Source: a virus (Duplodnaviria; Heunggongvirae; Uroviricota; Caudoviricetes). From it: DNA of 17,538 nt. The stretch is from the IMG/VR virus record IMGVR_UViG_3300029079_000044. One strand, 5' to 3'. Below the pieces are notes generated by a model. That model saw nothing but the letters and a program-made list of their open reading frames with translations. It was not told the origin of the DNA and did no database searches. A program made the translations under genes and the position numbers. Every line of letters begins with the position of its first letter. Position 1 is the first letter of the stretch. Positions 15,561 through 17,538 of the stretch are shown here, one piece after another.

Positions 15561-15590
15561 ACCCGCTGATGAGCGGGTTTTGTGCTTTAA
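15561..15590. terminator. tR'-like intrinsic terminator, potentially bidirectional
   Basis: aaaACCCGCtgatgaGCGGGTtttgtgcttt; A-run before and U-run after the stem. Confidence 0.6.
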
Positions 15591-15873
15591 ATGGGGCAAT
15601 GGTAATGTTGAATCTCATCCCGGGACTCATGTCTGTTAACTTATTATTTAGCTGGTGACTTGGTTATTTGCCTGATGTTTAAAATGTTTTCTTCCAGTAC
15701 AATGTCCCTAAACACAATGAGTCTGCTTATTATATTATTAGCAGAGCTATTACGGCCAAAGTACAGCATAAGCTTTTAAAGCCAATCAACCAGTCATCAA
15801 GACAGACGGGGTTATTCATAAAAACTCTCCATGTGTGATCCGATGGGGCCTGAAATTAAAGCTTTAATATAGC

Positions 15874-16086
15874 TCATGAAAGGTAAACATTGGCAGCTGA
15901 AGGGCCACGCAGACCATTTATCCGGCAAAATTCCACGCGTAATCCGGTGGTAATTTCTTCTGCATCGCGGAGATTGAGCGCTGAAACATGAAGCTGGACA
16001 TCGATACGACCATCGGATGGGGTGATAAGACCCTTGCCGCTTTTGCCGTCAAAGGTTTTGACAATTCCTGTCATTTTACGGGACAA
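15874..16086 (-). CDS. cspF: Cold-shock-like protein CspF/CspH type (70 aa); apparent TTG start
   Basis: [26 protein letters not shown]... cold-shock domain; start codon reads TTG with AAGGAA 5 nt upstream. Confidence 0.7.
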
Positions 16087-16386
16087 AAAAATTCCTTAAT
16101 ACTGATAACTTGGCGCACTATACACACGTTCCTGAAGAAAGCTATAGTTTTTTGATGGGGTTGAAGATGGCTGGATGTCTAAAATAAACATTGCTTCATA
16201 TGTTCAACTATGCGTTAATGATTGCGTCGGTTTGAAGAACAGACGATATACGAAGTAGTTTACTAAAGCAGTTCTCATTTCAGGTGTTATTCACTTATTC
16301 CTTCTTTGAGTCTCTCCAATTAAGTACGAAGTCGTTTCTGTTATGCAAACCATTTATGCCGAAAGGCTCAAGTTAAGGAATGTAGA

Positions 16387-16602
16387 ATGTCAAATAAAAT
16401 GACTGGTTTAGTAAAATGGTTTAACGCTGATAAAGGTTTCGGCTTTATTTCTCCTGTTGATGGTAGTAAAGATGTGTTTGTGCATTTTTCTGCGATTCAG
16501 AATGATAATTATCGAACCTTATTTGAAGGTCAAAAGGTTACCTTCTCTGTAGAGAGTGGTGCTAAAGGTCCTGCGGCAGCAAATGTTATAATTACCGATT
16601 AA
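16387..16602 (+). CDS. cspB: Cold-shock protein CspB-like (71 aa)
   Basis: [51 protein letters not shown]...; AAGGA Shine-Dalgarno. Confidence 0.8.
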   Translation: MSNKMTGLVKWFNADKGFGFISPVDGSKDVFVHFSAIQNDNYRTLFEGQKVTFSVESGAKGPAAANVIITD

Positions 16603-16802
16603 AATCCAGGACTCGACTGTATACGATAACGAAGATGGCTGATGCCTGAGTAGAGATGCAGATAGAGTAATGGATATAGAATCCCATTTTGTGGTGAAGT
16701 ACAGGTTTGCTGTATGAATAGTTTAATAGCAGAAGCTAACTGCTGGCATAGTAAAACAAAGTGCGTAAGTGGGTGACTCCCACAAAAAGCACCACAATCT
16801 CA

Positions 16803-16826
16803 AACCCGCTCAGGCGGGTTTTTTCT
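16803..16826 (+). terminator. Rho-independent terminator after cspB
   Basis: aaCCCGCtcagGCGGGttttttct. Confidence 0.6.
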
Positions 16827-16881
16827 TATCTGATTTAAATATATTATTAAAATATCAAAGCTCTTGATAAGTAATCAAAAA

Positions 16882-17052
16882 TCAGGCAACAGCTTTAAGA
16901 TTTGTTTGGAATACTTTGTTGCAATGAGGGCAGATTAAAAGGGCACCTTTTTGTACTCTGGAAAAACTGTGTTCTGATTCTTGGGTGCAGTTTGGGCAGG
17001 AGCATTTAACGAGATAATTACGGCGTGATTTTGAGTCTTTACGTTCTGACAT
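16882..17052 (-). CDS. Small zinc-ribbon protein (CxxC...CxxC), 56 aa from internal Met; possibly YdfK/YnaE-like
   Basis: Internal ATG at 17052 has AGGAA about 6 nt upstream whereas the track start at 17112 has none; CPNC and CPHC motifs. Confidence 0.4.
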   Translation of the reverse strand: MSERKDSKSRRNYLVKCSCPNCTQESEHSFSRVQKGALLICPHCNKVFQTNLKAVA

Positions 17053-17538
17053 AGGCTTTTCCTGTGTAAATGGTCGTATACAATACACTAAATAACAAAA
17101 CATATCGCGCATTATTATTTAATACATGGTTTTTAACCCTATTATTTTAAATTTCTGTTTTTTAGTGTTGTTGTGAACAATGTTTGCTGTAAAAACTAAC
17201 CCGTAGACTCCGATCTTTTCAAACATACTGCACCATTCGCGCACATCGGGGTGAGGATATGAAATCCATTGATAATAACAACTGGCGTCGCCTGTGGCAC
17301 ATCGGCCTGTAATGCTGGTTTCTGGGCATTGCCGGAACTCCGTCACATTTCAAGATTAAAGAAGAGAGGCGTAAGACTGCGAGAGATGAATGATGCCGCC
17401 ATCATTACGCAAGACTGTTGCGGTTGCTATTACTTCCAAAAATCGTTATTTCCCTCAGAGTGAGGAGCAGAAAAAGAGAATATGAGACAGGAATGCTCCT
17501 CTTATAACTGGACTTGGTGACTAAAATTTTGCAGGCCC

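Noticed and set aside
17119-17463. 75-aa minus-strand and 64-aa plus-strand ORFs at the right edge
   Set aside because: They overlap each other in an AT-rich intergenic stretch with no Shine-Dalgarno and no recognisable protein features; more likely promoter or UTR sequence for flanking genes.

Overview
This window reads as a mosaic lambdoid prophage of the E. coli Qin/Rac type, laid out in canonical lambdoid order. From left to right: (1) a leftward early operon, ydfA-ydfB-ydfC-dicF-dicB-ydfD, running into the N-terminal ~1.8 kb of a RecE-like exonuclease VIII gene that leaves the window; (2) an immunity region with a leftward XRE-type repressor flanked on both sides by AGTACT/TGTACT operator-like repeats, and a rightward Cro-like (YdaS/DicC family) plus YdaT-like pair; (3) a replication initiator with five 15-bp-phased iterons inside its coding sequence; (4) an accessory, nin-like cargo region holding a 141-aa orphan ORF, a QueH-like (DUF208) gene, a strongly AT-rich two-gene cassette (204-aa 4-TM membrane protein translationally coupled to a 342-aa soluble protein), and a DDE transposase (IS481/ISNCY-like); (5) the late-regulatory region: flxA with a sigma-28 promoter, relB-relE-hokD, rem, a DUF968 ydfU-like gene, a Q antiterminator with a downstream late promoter and terminator, then divergent cold-shock genes. 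The most interesting object is the AT-rich two-gene cassette at 7331-8970, bracketed by two copies of a ~30-nt promoter-proximal hairpin motif. It looks like a horizontally acquired anti-phage defence or exclusion module; its architecture resembles Kiwa (KwaA/KwaB), but I cannot confirm that from sequence alone. No tRNA, rRNA or CRISPR array was seen. All calls come from reading the sequence and from recalled family knowledge; no searches were run, and composition statements are by eye.
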